The position numbers were made by a program, and so were the translations under genes. The notes under the pieces are model-generated. The model saw only the letters and a list, made by a program, of their open reading frames with translations, had not been told where the DNA came from and did no database searches. From NCBI GenBank assembly GCA_964586865.1, contig CAZPJM010000002.1, forward strand, positions 463 to 64,462: a stretch of 64,000 nt of DNA, read 5' to 3'. This stretch comes from an uncultured Enterobacteriaceae bacterium. GTDB taxonomy: Bacteria; Myxococcota_A; UBA796; GCA-2862545. How positions within the stretch are numbered: position 1 is the first letter of the stretch; each line of letters begins with the position of its first letter. Shown piece by piece: positions 1 through 8,378 of this stretch.

Positions 1-519
1 GGCGTGGTGAACGCCCTCGGCACGGTGGGGCTCGTCCTGCTGCCCCTCGGCCTCGTGGGGCTGGGCCTCGGCGAGGAGGCCTCGGCGCTGGTCCTCGGCG
101 GCAGCCTGCAGTCGGTGGGTCACGCCGTGGCGGCCGGCTTCGGCGTCTCCGGGCCGGTCGGCGAGGCCACCACCCTGGTCAAGCTCGGCCGGGTGGCCCT
201 GCTCCCGGTGCTCCTGCTGGTGGTGGGCGTCGCCCGGCGCGGTCCGGGGCGGGCGGTGCGCTTCCCCCCCGAGATCCTGGCGTTCGTGGCGACGGCGGTG
301 GTGGCCACCGCCGGCCTGCTCCCCGCCCCGTGGCTGAGTGTGCTGGACACGGTGACCGATGCCGTGCTCACCGTGGCCATGGCCGGGATCGGCACCCGGA
401 TCCGCCTCTCGGCCCTCCGCGGGGCCGGGGCCCGGGCGCTGGGGGTGGGGGCGCTCCTGTTCGCCGTCCAGATCGTCCTGCTGCTCGCCGTGGCCATCCT
501 CCTCGTGCCCGGCGCCTGA
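1..519 (+). CDS. C-terminal fragment of a multi-pass membrane protein, YeiH/UPF0324-like putative exporter (5' end lies outside the window)
   Basis: The ORF is open to the window edge. The hydrophobic helices and the tail MAGIGTRIRLSALRGAGARALGVGALLFAVQIVLLL resemble the YeiH family. The call is from motif memory and was not searched. Confidence 0.45.
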   Translation, partial: GVVNALGTVGLVLLPLGLVGLGLGEEASALVLGGSLQSVGHAVAAGFGVSGPVGEATTLVKLGRVALLPVLLLVVGVARRGPGRAVRFPPEILAFVATAVVATAGLLPAPWLSVLDTVTDAVLTVAMAGIGTRIRLSALRGAGARALGVGALLFAVQIVLLLAVAILLVPGA

Positions 520-664
520 GCGCGGTCCCGCGGGGCGTCGCGCGGGGGCGCCCCGTCACATGCCCGGTGTCACCGTGTAGGCCTGGCCCGGGGTGCCTCC
601 GATGGCCAGGATCCACGCACCTTCCTGACGCCGAGGGCGGCGCGGGCGGTGCGGCCTCGGGGCC

Positions 665-2275
665 TCACCCCGCGGCCTTGCGCTCCTTGTCGTACCAGTC
701 CAGGTACTCGTCCAGGTTGCCGCCGAAGTCGATCAGGTGGCCCGGACGGTCATAGGCCCACACCCGGGTGGCGTGGCTCGCCAGGTCCCGGTCGTGGGTG
801 ACGTAGAAGATGGTGCCCTCGTAGGACTCGATGGCCTCGCCGAGGGCGCTGATGCTCTCGAGGTCCAGGTGGTTGGTGGGCTCGTCGAGGAGCAGCACGT
901 TGTAGCCCATGAGGATCATCTTGCTCATCATGAGGCGGGCCGCCTCGCCGCCGGAGAGGGTGCCGGTGGGCTTGCCGCCGTCCTCGCCCGAGAAGAGCAT
1001 GCGGCCCAGGATGGCCCGGACCTGCTCCTGGCCCACGCCGGGCCGCTGGTCGAAGAGCCACTCGTAGACGGTGCTCCCAGGGGCGATCTCGTCGCGGTGC
1101 TCCTGCTTGTACCAGCCGATCCGCGTGTTGTGCCCCCACTTCACCTCGCCGGCGTCGGGGGGGAGCTCGCCCATGAGCAGCTTGAGGAGCGTGGTCTTGC
1201 CGATGCCGTTGCGGCCCAGGATGGCCACCTTGTCGCCGCGCTGCACGTGGGTGTGGAAGCCGTCCACGATGCCGGGGCCATCCGGGTAGGCGAAGGAGAG
1301 GTCCTTCACCTCGAGGACGTCGCGGCCGCTGGGCTCGTCCACCTCGAAGCGGATGTAGGGGCGGCGGATGTTGCTCCGCTTGATCTGGTCGGGCCGGAGA
1401 CGCTCGATCTCCTTGGCGCGGCTCCGGGTCTGGCTGGCCCGGGAGCCCGCCCCGAACTTCTGGATGAACTCCTGGAGCTGGGCGATCTTCTTCTCCTTGG
1501 CCTGGGCCTCCTTGCTCATGCGGGAGCGGATCGCCGCCTTCTGCCGGACCATGTCGTCGTAGTTGCCCGGGTAGAGGATGATGGTCTCGTAGTCGATGTC
1601 GGCGATCTGGTCGCACACCGCGTTCAGGAAGCGCCGATCGTGGCTGATCACCACCAGCACGCCCTTGTAGTCGATGAGGAAGTCCTCGAGCCACCGGATG
1701 GAGTCCAGGTCGAGGTGGTTGGTGGGCTCGTCGAGGAGCAGGGCGTCGGGGCCACCGAACAGGGCCTGGGCCAGCAGGACCCGCAGCTTGAGGCCGCCCT
1801 GCAGCTCGTTCATGGGGCGCTCGTGGAGGCCCTCCTCGACCCCGAGCCCCACCAGGAGCTGGGCGGCGTCGGCCTCGGCCGTGTAGCCGTCCTCCTCGCC
1901 CACGATCATCTCGAGCTCGCCGAGCTTCTCGTATTCCTCGTCGGCGAGCTGCTCGCCGGCCTCCTCGCGCCGGTAGAGCGCCTCCTTCTCGGACCAGGCG
2001 TCCCACAGGCGCTGGTTGCCCATGATGACCGTGTCGATGACGCGCTGATCGTCGTAGACCGTGTGGTCCTGGCGCAGCCAGGCGGTGCGGCGCGGGAGGC
2101 TGACGGTCCCCGAATCGGTGGGCTCCACCCCGATGAGGAGCTTCATGAAGGTGGACTTGCCGGCCCCGTTGGGCCCGGTGAGCCCGTAGTTGTGGCCAGC
2201 AGCGAAGCTGACGTTCACATCCTCGAACAGGGTGCGGCCGCCAAAGCCCTTGGAGACGTCGGTCACGGTGATCAC
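665..2275 (-). CDS. ABC-F family ATPase (soluble tandem-NBD protein, YbiT/EttA-like)
   Basis: 536 aa with no TM segment. It has two Walker A motifs (GPNGAGKST, GRNGIGKTT) and two signature motifs (LQGGLKLR, LSGGEAAR). The start is GTG, preceded by GGGAGGA. Confidence 0.9.
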   Translation of the reverse strand: MITVTDVSKGFGGRTLFEDVNVSFAAGHNYGLTGPNGAGKSTFMKLLIGVEPTDSGTVSLPRRTAWLRQDHTVYDDQRVIDTVIMGNQRLWDAWSEKEALYRREEAGEQLADEEYEKLGELEMIVGEEDGYTAEADAAQLLVGLGVEEGLHERPMNELQGGLKLRVLLAQALFGGPDALLLDEPTNHLDLDSIRWLEDFLIDYKGVLVVISHDRRFLNAVCDQIADIDYETIILYPGNYDDMVRQKAAIRSRMSKEAQAKEKKIAQLQEFIQKFGAGSRASQTRSRAKEIERLRPDQIKRSNIRRPYIRFEVDEPSGRDVLEVKDLSFAYPDGPGIVDGFHTHVQRGDKVAILGRNGIGKTTLLKLLMGELPPDAGEVKWGHNTRIGWYKQEHRDEIAPGSTVYEWLFDQRPGVGQEQVRAILGRMLFSGEDGGKPTGTLSGGEAARLMMSKMILMGYNVLLLDEPTNHLDLESISALGEAIESYEGTIFYVTHDRDLASHATRVWAYDRPGHLIDFGGNLDEYLDWYDKERKAAG

Positions 2276-2490
2276 GGTTCCTCCCGTTCCACGCGCGGGG
2301 CGCCGGGGCCCCGTGCAGGGGGGCCACGCCGGCGGATCCTCCCGGCTGCCGCGGCCCTAGCGCGCACCCCTCCGGGGGTCCAGTCCCCCCACCGACCGTC
2401 ACGGGGCTGACACGGGGGGGGCCTCCCGCGAACCGGGAAACCGGTTAGGCCGCGTCGGTCCTAGCAAGGACGCCCACCCCGGAGGACCCG

Positions 2491-2757
2491 ATGCGCTCCA
2501 TGACCCTCGTGCTCACCCTCGGCCTGCTCGCCGCGTGCTCCAAGTCCGGTGGCGGCATCGTGGCCACCGCCGAGTCGGCCGCCGAGAAGGCCTGCGCCTG
2601 CTCCGACTTCGACTGCGCCAAGGCGGCCGTCTCCGACTTCAACCGGGCCTCCATCCAGGCCGACGACGAGAAGGCCGCCCTCGACGCGGACGCCCGCGCC
2701 CGCTTCGACGCCGCGGTCCAGAAGATGAGCACCTGCCGCGACGACCTGCGCAACTAG
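2491..2757 (+). CDS. small lipoprotein, unknown function
   Basis: The signal and lipobox read MRSMTLVLTLGLLAAC. GGAGGA lies 4 nt upstream of the ATG. Third-position GC is strongly biased in this frame. Confidence 0.6.
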   Translation: MRSMTLVLTLGLLAACSKSGGGIVATAESAAEKACACSDFDCAKAAVSDFNRASIQADDEKAALDADARARFDAAVQKMSTCRDDLRN

Positions 2758-2785
2758 CCCGCCCACCGGGGTCCCGGCGGGGCCA

Positions 2786-3163
2786 TCACGCCGGGTGGGC
2801 CAGCTCCTGCAGGGGGGCCAGCAAGGCCACGGCCTCCTGGCCCACCAGCCCGAAGCAGTCCCGGAGCAGCAGCAGGACCGTGTCCAGGTTGCCCTCGTGG
2901 GCCTCGAGGCGCAGGCGCATGATCTTGCCCATCGCCCGGGTCCGGTCGCGGCGGTAGTGGCCCAGGAAGTGGAGCGTGCAGTGGTAGGCGCGCTCCTCGT
3001 CCAGGTCGAGCAGGGCCCCCAGGCAGTCCGCCGCGTCCACGAGCTCGCGTTCCTGGATGTGGTCGAGGAAGGCCCGGAAGCTGGGATCGGGGGCCGTCGG
3101 CAGGCTCGGCGGATCGGTGCCGGGGAAGAGGAGGACGTTGGACGGCAGTCGGGGGTGTGCCAT
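2786..3163 (-). CDS. hypothetical protein (125 aa)
   Basis: An internal ATG at 3163 (MAHPRLPSNV...) has GGAG 7 nt upstream. The upstream part of track ORF 2786-3499 is Arg/Pro/Gly-rich low complexity. No family was recognised. Confidence 0.45.
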   Translation of the reverse strand: MAHPRLPSNVLLFPGTDPPSLPTAPDPSFRAFLDHIQERELVDAADCLGALLDLDEERAYHCTLHFLGHYRRDRTRAMGKIMRLRLEAHEGNLDTVLLLLRDCFGLVGQEAVALLAPLQELAHPA

Positions 3164-3338
3164 CGAGGATCTCCGCATGTGGGGGGTCGGGACGCGGGGG
3201 GTCGTCCCTCGGCCTCCCGGGGATCGGCATCGCGGCGGACGGCCATGAGGGGTGGTGCCCGGGCCCCGGTGCGAGGGGGCCTCAAGTCGGGGAACCCCCG
3301 ATCCGTCCCCCCGCGCGCCCCCCCACCCTGGAGCCCCC

Positions 3339-5393
3339 ATGCGCCTGCCCTGGATGGCCGTCGGGCTGCTGGCCACCGCGTGCGCCCCCGGCGACACCGC
3401 CTGGCTCGCCCCCGACGACGAGGACCTGGACGTCCCCCGCGATGCCCTCCGCACCCGGGCCGCCCGGGTGGACACGTCGCTCGTGCCCGGGTCCGGCACC
3501 CCCTTCGCCTATGAGGCCGCCCCCGAGCGGGTCCGGCTGCCTCTCTTCGACGACCTCCAGGTGGACGCGGTCCTGGATCGGCTGGTGCAGCCCGGCGAGG
3601 CGACCGTGTGGGTGGGCCACGTCGAGGGGCGGCCCGACCACGAGGTGGTGCTGAGCCGCGTCCGGGACCACGTGGCCGGGCTGGTGCGCACGCCCGCCCA
3701 GGTGGTGCGGCTGCGCCCGCGGGGCCCGGGACAGGTGGCCGTGGACGAGCTCCGGCCGGGACGGGTGAGCGGCGACCTGCCGCCGCTCCTGCCCCTCGAC
3801 CTGCCCGAGGAGCCCGAGCTGGTCGGCGATGCCCCGCTGCACGACGGGACGGCGCCGGTGGTGGACGTGCTGGTGGCGGTCACGGCGCCGGTGGCCACCG
3901 CCCTCGGGGGGGCGTCGGGCGTGGAGGCCATGGCGGCCAGCCTGGTGGCCCAGACCAACGCCGGGTGGTCCTCCGCCGGTCTCGAGGCCGAGGTGCGGCT
4001 GGCCGGGGTGCACCTCTCGCCGTGGGAGGAGACGGCCTTCGACTTCCGGGACACCCTCACCGGACTGGCCGACGCGGACGATGGGCTGCTCGACGATGTC
4101 GCCGAGGCCCGCGACGACGCCGGGGCCGACCTGGTGAGCCTGATCGTGGAGGGGGACGACAGCGCCTGCGGGCTGGCGTACCTCATGAGCCGGCCCAGCC
4201 CCGCCTTCGCCAGCGCCGCCTACAGCGTGGTGGCGCGCTCGTGCGCCGGCTCCCGGCTCTCCTTCGCCCATGAGCTGGGCCACCTGCTCGGCAGCCAGCA
4301 CGATCGGGCCAACGCCGGACCCGCCCCCGCCTACCCCTACGCCTACGGCCACCGGGACGTGGACGCCGGCTTCCGCACGGTCATGGCCTACCGCTGCCCC
4401 ACCGGACCCTGCCCCCGGATCAACCGATGGTCCCACGCCGACCAGACGCTGGAGGGCGCGGCGCTGGGGGTGGCCATCGGCAGCGACGAGGCGGCCCACA
4501 ACGCGGCCAGCCTCTCCCTCACCGCCCCGGTGGCCGAGGCCTTCCGCCCCCGGGCGAGCGAGGCGGATGGGGAGGCGGCGACCCTGCTGCTGCCGGAGGA
4601 CGGCGCCACGCTGGGCGGGGCCGACGCCTCCTTCACCTGGAGCGATGCGGGCGCCGACGCCTACCAGCTCACCCTGGGCTCGGCCGAGGGCGGGGCGGAC
4701 CTGGCGCGCATCGAGGCCGGGACCGACCTCTCCACCACCGTGACCGGGCTGCCCACCGACGGCCGGACGCTGCACGCCACCCTGTGGACCCGCCACGGAG
4801 ACGACTGGTCCCGCGACGCGGCCACCTACACCGCCGCCACGGTGGCCACGGGGCCCGCCTCCCTGTCGAGCCCGGCCCCGGGCAGCATCCTGCCGGCCCG
4901 CACCACCTTCTCGTGGGGGGATGTGGGGGCCGACAGCTACGCCCTGGTCCTGGGCTCCTCCCGCTTCGGGACGGACCTGGGGACCTGGGGCACCACCGGG
5001 ACCTCGGTGACGGTCTCGGGCCTGCCCACCGACGGGCGGACGGTGTGGGCCACCCTGTACACCCAGGACGGCGGCCGCTGGCTGGGGGAGACCGTGACCT
5101 ACCAGGCCGGCGTGGGCACCCTGGACGACCGGCCCGCCCGCCTGCTCGAGCCGGCCCCGGGCACCTGGCTCACCGGGCGGAGCTTCACCTTCCGGTGGAC
5201 CGACGCCCGGGCCAGCCGCTACGCCCTGACCCTCTACAGTGACGATGGCGAGGTCTACCACGACATCGTCGCCGGGACCTCGGCGCGGGTGTCCCTCTCG
5301 CCGGCGGTCGCGTCGGGCACCCTCCGGGTCCGCCTGGCCACCGAGCTGGGAGGCCGCTGGTACGCGCGGAACGAGACCTACGAGCTCGAGTGA
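3339..5393 (+). CDS. lipoprotein zinc metalloprotease, metzincin (reprolysin/M12B-like) with three C-terminal repeat domains
   Basis: The signal and lipobox read MRLPWMAVGLLATAC. HELGHLLGSQHD (HExxHxxGxxHD) sits at 4269-4304, followed by a Met-turn (VMAY). Three repeats of about 85-90 aa occupy 4581-5390. Confidence 0.8.
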   Translation: MRLPWMAVGLLATACAPGDTAWLAPDDEDLDVPRDALRTRAARVDTSLVPGSGTPFAYEAAPERVRLPLFDDLQVDAVLDRLVQPGEATVWVGHVEGRPDHEVVLSRVRDHVAGLVRTPAQVVRLRPRGPGQVAVDELRPGRVSGDLPPLLPLDLPEEPELVGDAPLHDGTAPVVDVLVAVTAPVATALGGASGVEAMAASLVAQTNAGWSSAGLEAEVRLAGVHLSPWEETAFDFRDTLTGLADADDGLLDDVAEARDDAGADLVSLIVEGDDSACGLAYLMSRPSPAFASAAYSVVARSCAGSRLSFAHELGHLLGSQHDRANAGPAPAYPYAYGHRDVDAGFRTVMAYRCPTGPCPRINRWSHADQTLEGAALGVAIGSDEAAHNAASLSLTAPVAEAFRPRASEADGEAATLLLPEDGATLGGADASFTWSDAGADAYQLTLGSAEGGADLARIEAGTDLSTTVTGLPTDGRTLHATLWTRHGDDWSRDAATYTAATVATGPASLSSPAPGSILPARTTFSWGDVGADSYALVLGSSRFGTDLGTWGTTGTSVTVSGLPTDGRTVWATLYTQDGGRWLGETVTYQAGVGTLDDRPARLLEPAPGTWLTGRSFTFRWTDARASRYALTLYSDDGEVYHDIVAGTSARVSLSPAVASGTLRVRLATELGGRWYARNETYELE

Positions 5394-6163
5394 CGGCGGC
5401 TCAGGCGGCGTGAGACGGTGAGGGCGAGCAGCGCCACCACCCCGGCCAGGACCCCGTGCCCGGCGTGACTGATGAGCAGGTGCGCCGGGTGGACCGCCGG
5501 GCAGTGGGCCTGGCCCATGGCGAAGGCGGCCAGCCCGGCGGCGCCGGCGGCCAGCAGCACCCGCCACGCCGGCGTGCGACGGTCGCGCTCGAACAGCAGG
5601 ACCACCGCGGTGGCCGGCAGGGCCACCAGCAGGCCGGCCACCCCGCACATCACATCGGCGATGGCAGGGACCGGGCGCGCCATGCCCGGCCAGAGGCCCG
5701 GCACCACCGAGAGGAGCAGCGGCAGGGCCACCAGCGCGAGCCCCACGGACCACCCCAGCGGCCCCAGGGGCCGTCGCCAGGTGGGCCGCAGCGCCAGGGC
5801 CACCCCCACCAGAGACGCACCCAGGACCCCACCCTGGAGGGCCAGGAAGCGCCACAGCTCGGGTCCGGAGAGGGCGGGACGGACGCCGAAGAGCCCGAGC
5901 ACGATGGCGGCCAGGCCGAGCACCGCCAGGAGCACCAGGCCGACCCGCAGCGGGGTGGCCAGCTCCAGCAGCCGGTCCCGGAGCGTGGGCCGGCGATCCA
6001 CGGTCTCGGAGGCGATCCGATCGAAGAGGGCGTCCAGATCGCGCGCGTCGCCGTCACCTCGCCGAGCCCGGGCCCCGTCCAGGACCCGCGGCGTGGCCGC
6101 ATCGGGGCCCGGCGTGGTGTCCTGGTTCATGGGATCCTCCCGGGGATCGCGCGGATCGCTCAT
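5378..6163 (-). CDS. six-TM anti-sigma factor candidate, NrsF/DUF1109-like
   Basis: The ATG at 6163 overlaps the stop of the upstream ECF sigma gene (ATGA). The protein has a cytoplasmic N-terminus of about 70 aa and six hydrophobic helices. An alternative ATG at 6130 is preceded by GGGAGGA. Confidence 0.5.
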   Translation of the reverse strand: MSDPRDPREDPMNQDTTPGPDAATPRVLDGARARRGDGDARDLDALFDRIASETVDRRPTLRDRLLELATPLRVGLVLLAVLGLAAIVLGLFGVRPALSGPELWRFLALQGGVLGASLVGVALALRPTWRRPLGPLGWSVGLALVALPLLLSVVPGLWPGMARPVPAIADVMCGVAGLLVALPATAVVLLFERDRRTPAWRVLLAAGAAGLAAFAMGQAHCPAVHPAHLLISHAGHGVLAGVVALLALTVSRRLSRRHSSS

Positions 6164-6699
6164 CGCTCGCCCCCCTCCGGATGCCCGGCGACCCCATCGG
6201 TTCCACCCAGCGCCCCCCGCAGGGCCTTGTACGCGCGGTGGGCCCGGACCTTGACCGCGGAGCGCGAGGCGCCCACCGCCTGAGCGACCTCGGCCATGGT
6301 GAGGCCCTCGTAGTAGTGCAGCAGGACGACCTCGCGCTGGGCCTCGGGCAGCCGGGCGAGGGCCCGCCGGACCAGCCGATCGGTGGCGCTCGACACATCG
6401 GGCGCCTGGACCCGGTCGCGGGTGCCGTGGTCCAGCAGCACCTCCCTGCGGGTGGAGGCCCGGCGTGCGTGGTCGCGTCGGACATTGGTGGCGATGGTGA
6501 AGATCCAGGGGCGGACCGGCGCGCCAGCTCGGTAGTCCCGGCGGGCCCGGTGGAGGTGGAGGAAGGTCTGCTGCACCAGGTCCTGGGCCGCATCGTCCCG
6601 CCCCAGGTGCCGACGGAACAGCCCACGCAGCCGCGGCGCGTAGCGCTGGTACAGGAGCTCGAAGGCCGCCCGATCGCCGGCCCGGGCGTAGCGCTCCAT
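6160..6699 (-). CDS. ECF-family RNA polymerase sigma factor
   Basis: 179 aa. The region 2 signature reads DAAQDLVQQTFLHLHRA...RPWIFTIATN. Region 4 reads LPEAQREVVLLHYYEGLTMAEVAQAVGASRSAVKVRAHRA. Confidence 0.9.
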   Translation of the reverse strand: MERYARAGDRAAFELLYQRYAPRLRGLFRRHLGRDDAAQDLVQQTFLHLHRARRDYRAGAPVRPWIFTIATNVRRDHARRASTRREVLLDHGTRDRVQAPDVSSATDRLVRRALARLPEAQREVVLLHYYEGLTMAEVAQAVGASRSAVKVRAHRAYKALRGALGGTDGVAGHPEGGER

Positions 6700-6787
6700 C
6701 AGCTCTTCGTCGCTCGGCTCGGTCAGCGCGGCCCCCGGCTCGCAAGGCCGCAGGATGCCACACCCGCCCCGGCCCCGCGGGTGGGGC

Positions 6788-7420
6788 TCAGGCCTTTTCG
6801 GGGCGGGGCACCCCGGCCAGGTAGGGCTCCAGCTCGCTGCGCAGCCGCCTGCGCGCGCGATGCAGGCGGGTCTTGACGTTGGGGATGGACAGATCGAGGC
6901 GCTCCGCGATCTCCCGCATGCTCAGGTGCCGGAGATCGGCCAGCTCGAAGACCTGCCGGTAGTGGGGCGGCAGGGCCGCGACCGCCGCATCGATGCGCCC
7001 CCCGAGCTCGCGGGTGAGCATCGGCGCGTCGGGCCCGGGGCGGGGATCGGGCAGGGGCCGCTCGTGGACCTGGTCGCGGTCCGCGCCCAGGACCAGGGGC
7101 ACCTCGGGGCGGCGCCGGCGCCAGCGCAGCCGCATCAGGCAGGCATTGCGCGTGATCCGGGCCAGCCAGCCTCCGAAGCTCGCCTCCCCCCGGAAGGTGT
7201 GCAGCTTGCGCCAGGCGTTGAGCAGGGCCTCCTGCACGCAGTCCATGGCCTCGGCCTCGTGGCGCATCATGCCCATGGCGATCCGCACCAGGACCGGGCG
7301 ATGCCGCCGCACCAGGACCCCGAAGGCCTCGGGCCGGCCGTCCCGCGAGAGAGCGACCAGGACCTCGTCCGAGCAGGTGTCCAGCTCCCAGTGCGGGGGG
7401 TGCTGCAGGGGCGCGGTCAT
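6788..7420 (-). CDS. ECF-family RNA polymerase sigma factor (second, tandem copy)
   Basis: The ATG at 7420 is preceded by GGAGGA. Region 2 reads AMDCVQEALLNAWRKL...GWLARITRNA. Region 4 reads LPPHYRQVFELADLRHLSMREIAERLDLSIPNVKTRLHRARRRL. Confidence 0.9.
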   Translation of the reverse strand: MTAPLQHPPHWELDTCSDEVLVALSRDGRPEAFGVLVRRHRPVLVRIAMGMMRHEAEAMDCVQEALLNAWRKLHTFRGEASFGGWLARITRNACLMRLRWRRRRPEVPLVLGADRDQVHERPLPDPRPGPDAPMLTRELGGRIDAAVAALPPHYRQVFELADLRHLSMREIAERLDLSIPNVKTRLHRARRRLRSELEPYLAGVPRPEKA

Positions 7421-7557
7421 GGGTCCTCCAGGGGGAGCGGGCCGGTGTCGGGGGGGCACGCCCGGGGATACGCGGCCCCCGACGCACCGGTTACACGACG
7501 CCCCGTCTTTTCCGGGTCCTGCCGTTCCGGACCTGGTCCCGTACCTCTGGAGGCGCC

Positions 7558-7911
7558 ATGACCGAATCCGCCCGGGAGCTCGACGCGTGCGGCTTCATCC
7601 GGGTGCCGACCACCGAGGGCCAGCAGCCGCTGTGGATGACCTGCGAGCAGTGCGGGAAATCGGACCACTTCTGGCTCGAGGAGGACGGGGTCCGGTGCCG
7701 GTGCGGCGCCACCTGGTCCCACGCGGTGCGTCCCGACGGCACCGAGGTGCCCCTCTCCGAGCTCGCCTTCGTCCCCTTCCGCGACGGCCCCATGGACCTG
7801 GCCGACCTGGAGTGGGACCCCATGCGGGTGGGCCTCGTGGTGGTGCTGCTCCTCTCGGTCCTCACGGCCGCGGCCCTCGCGGCGGCGTGGGGGCTGGGCT
7901 GGGTCGGCTGA
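7558..7911 (+). CDS. small tail-anchored membrane protein with a Cys-rich zinc-ribbon-like motif
   Basis: 117 aa. The motif CEQC-x14-CRC is followed by a single C-terminal TM segment (VGLVVVLLLSVLTAAALAAAW). Third-position GC is high. No family was recognised. Confidence 0.55.
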   Translation: MTESARELDACGFIRVPTTEGQQPLWMTCEQCGKSDHFWLEEDGVRCRCGATWSHAVRPDGTEVPLSELAFVPFRDGPMDLADLEWDPMRVGLVVVLLLSVLTAAALAAAWGLGWVG

Positions 7912-7917
7912 CGCGCC

Positions 7918-8274
7918 TCAGCCCCGGGCGAACCAGACCTGCTGGATGAGCCGGTCCCGGACCTCGTAGATGGCGAGGGCCTCGACCACCTGCCCGTCGC
8001 GGAGGCCGGTCACCGACTCCCGATCCGCCGCCGTGGCGCCCACCACCACCCGGGCGTCGAGGCGGGCGTGCAGGTTCGGGTGCTCGGCGAAGAGGCGGCC
8101 ATAGGTCTCGTGGAGCACGTCGCGGCCCTGGAAGCGCAGGGTCCCGTCGTGCAGGTCCCACACCCGCACGTCGGGGGCGTAGCAGGCCGCGAAGGCCTCG
8201 ATGTCGCCGCGGTTGTAGGCGTCGAGCTGGGCCTGGGCCAGCCGCCCGGTCCAGGCAGGGTCGACCGATGACAT
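7918..8274 (-). CDS. NTF2/SnoaL-like fold protein (steroid delta-isomerase-like)
   Basis: The ATG at 8274 has GGGAGG 4 nt upstream. AYNRGDIEAFAACYAPDVRVWD...VVEALAIYEVRDRLIQQVWF is typical of SnoaL-like domains. Confidence 0.6.
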   Translation of the reverse strand: MSSVDPAWTGRLAQAQLDAYNRGDIEAFAACYAPDVRVWDLHDGTLRFQGRDVLHETYGRLFAEHPNLHARLDARVVVGATAADRESVTGLRDGQVVEALAIYEVRDRLIQQVWFARG

Positions 8275-8378
8275 GGGACCTCCCGAGGAGCCCCGCGGGT
8301 AGCCCGCCTCGCCCGGGGAGCAAGGTGGGGTGGCCAAGGTCGGGCGGCCGGATGAGGGAGACGCACCCCAGGAGATCC

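Noticed and set aside
3326-3342. A shared 16-mer, CCTGGAGCCCCCATGC, at the starts of the metzincin gene and of the TerB-like gene (51575-51590).
   Set aside because: It is just SD plus spacer plus ATG in GC-rich DNA. A chance match of this length is plausible in 64 kb of biased composition.
5378-6763. The 461-aa version of the anti-sigma ORF. The same applies to 20072-22213, 29653-32127, 32707-34185, 35097-37583, 53595-55556 and 56708-58603 as full-length ORFs.
   Set aside because: The upstream extensions overlap neighbouring recognised genes or are low-complexity. Internal starts with SD motifs or 4-nt overlaps fit the domain boundaries.
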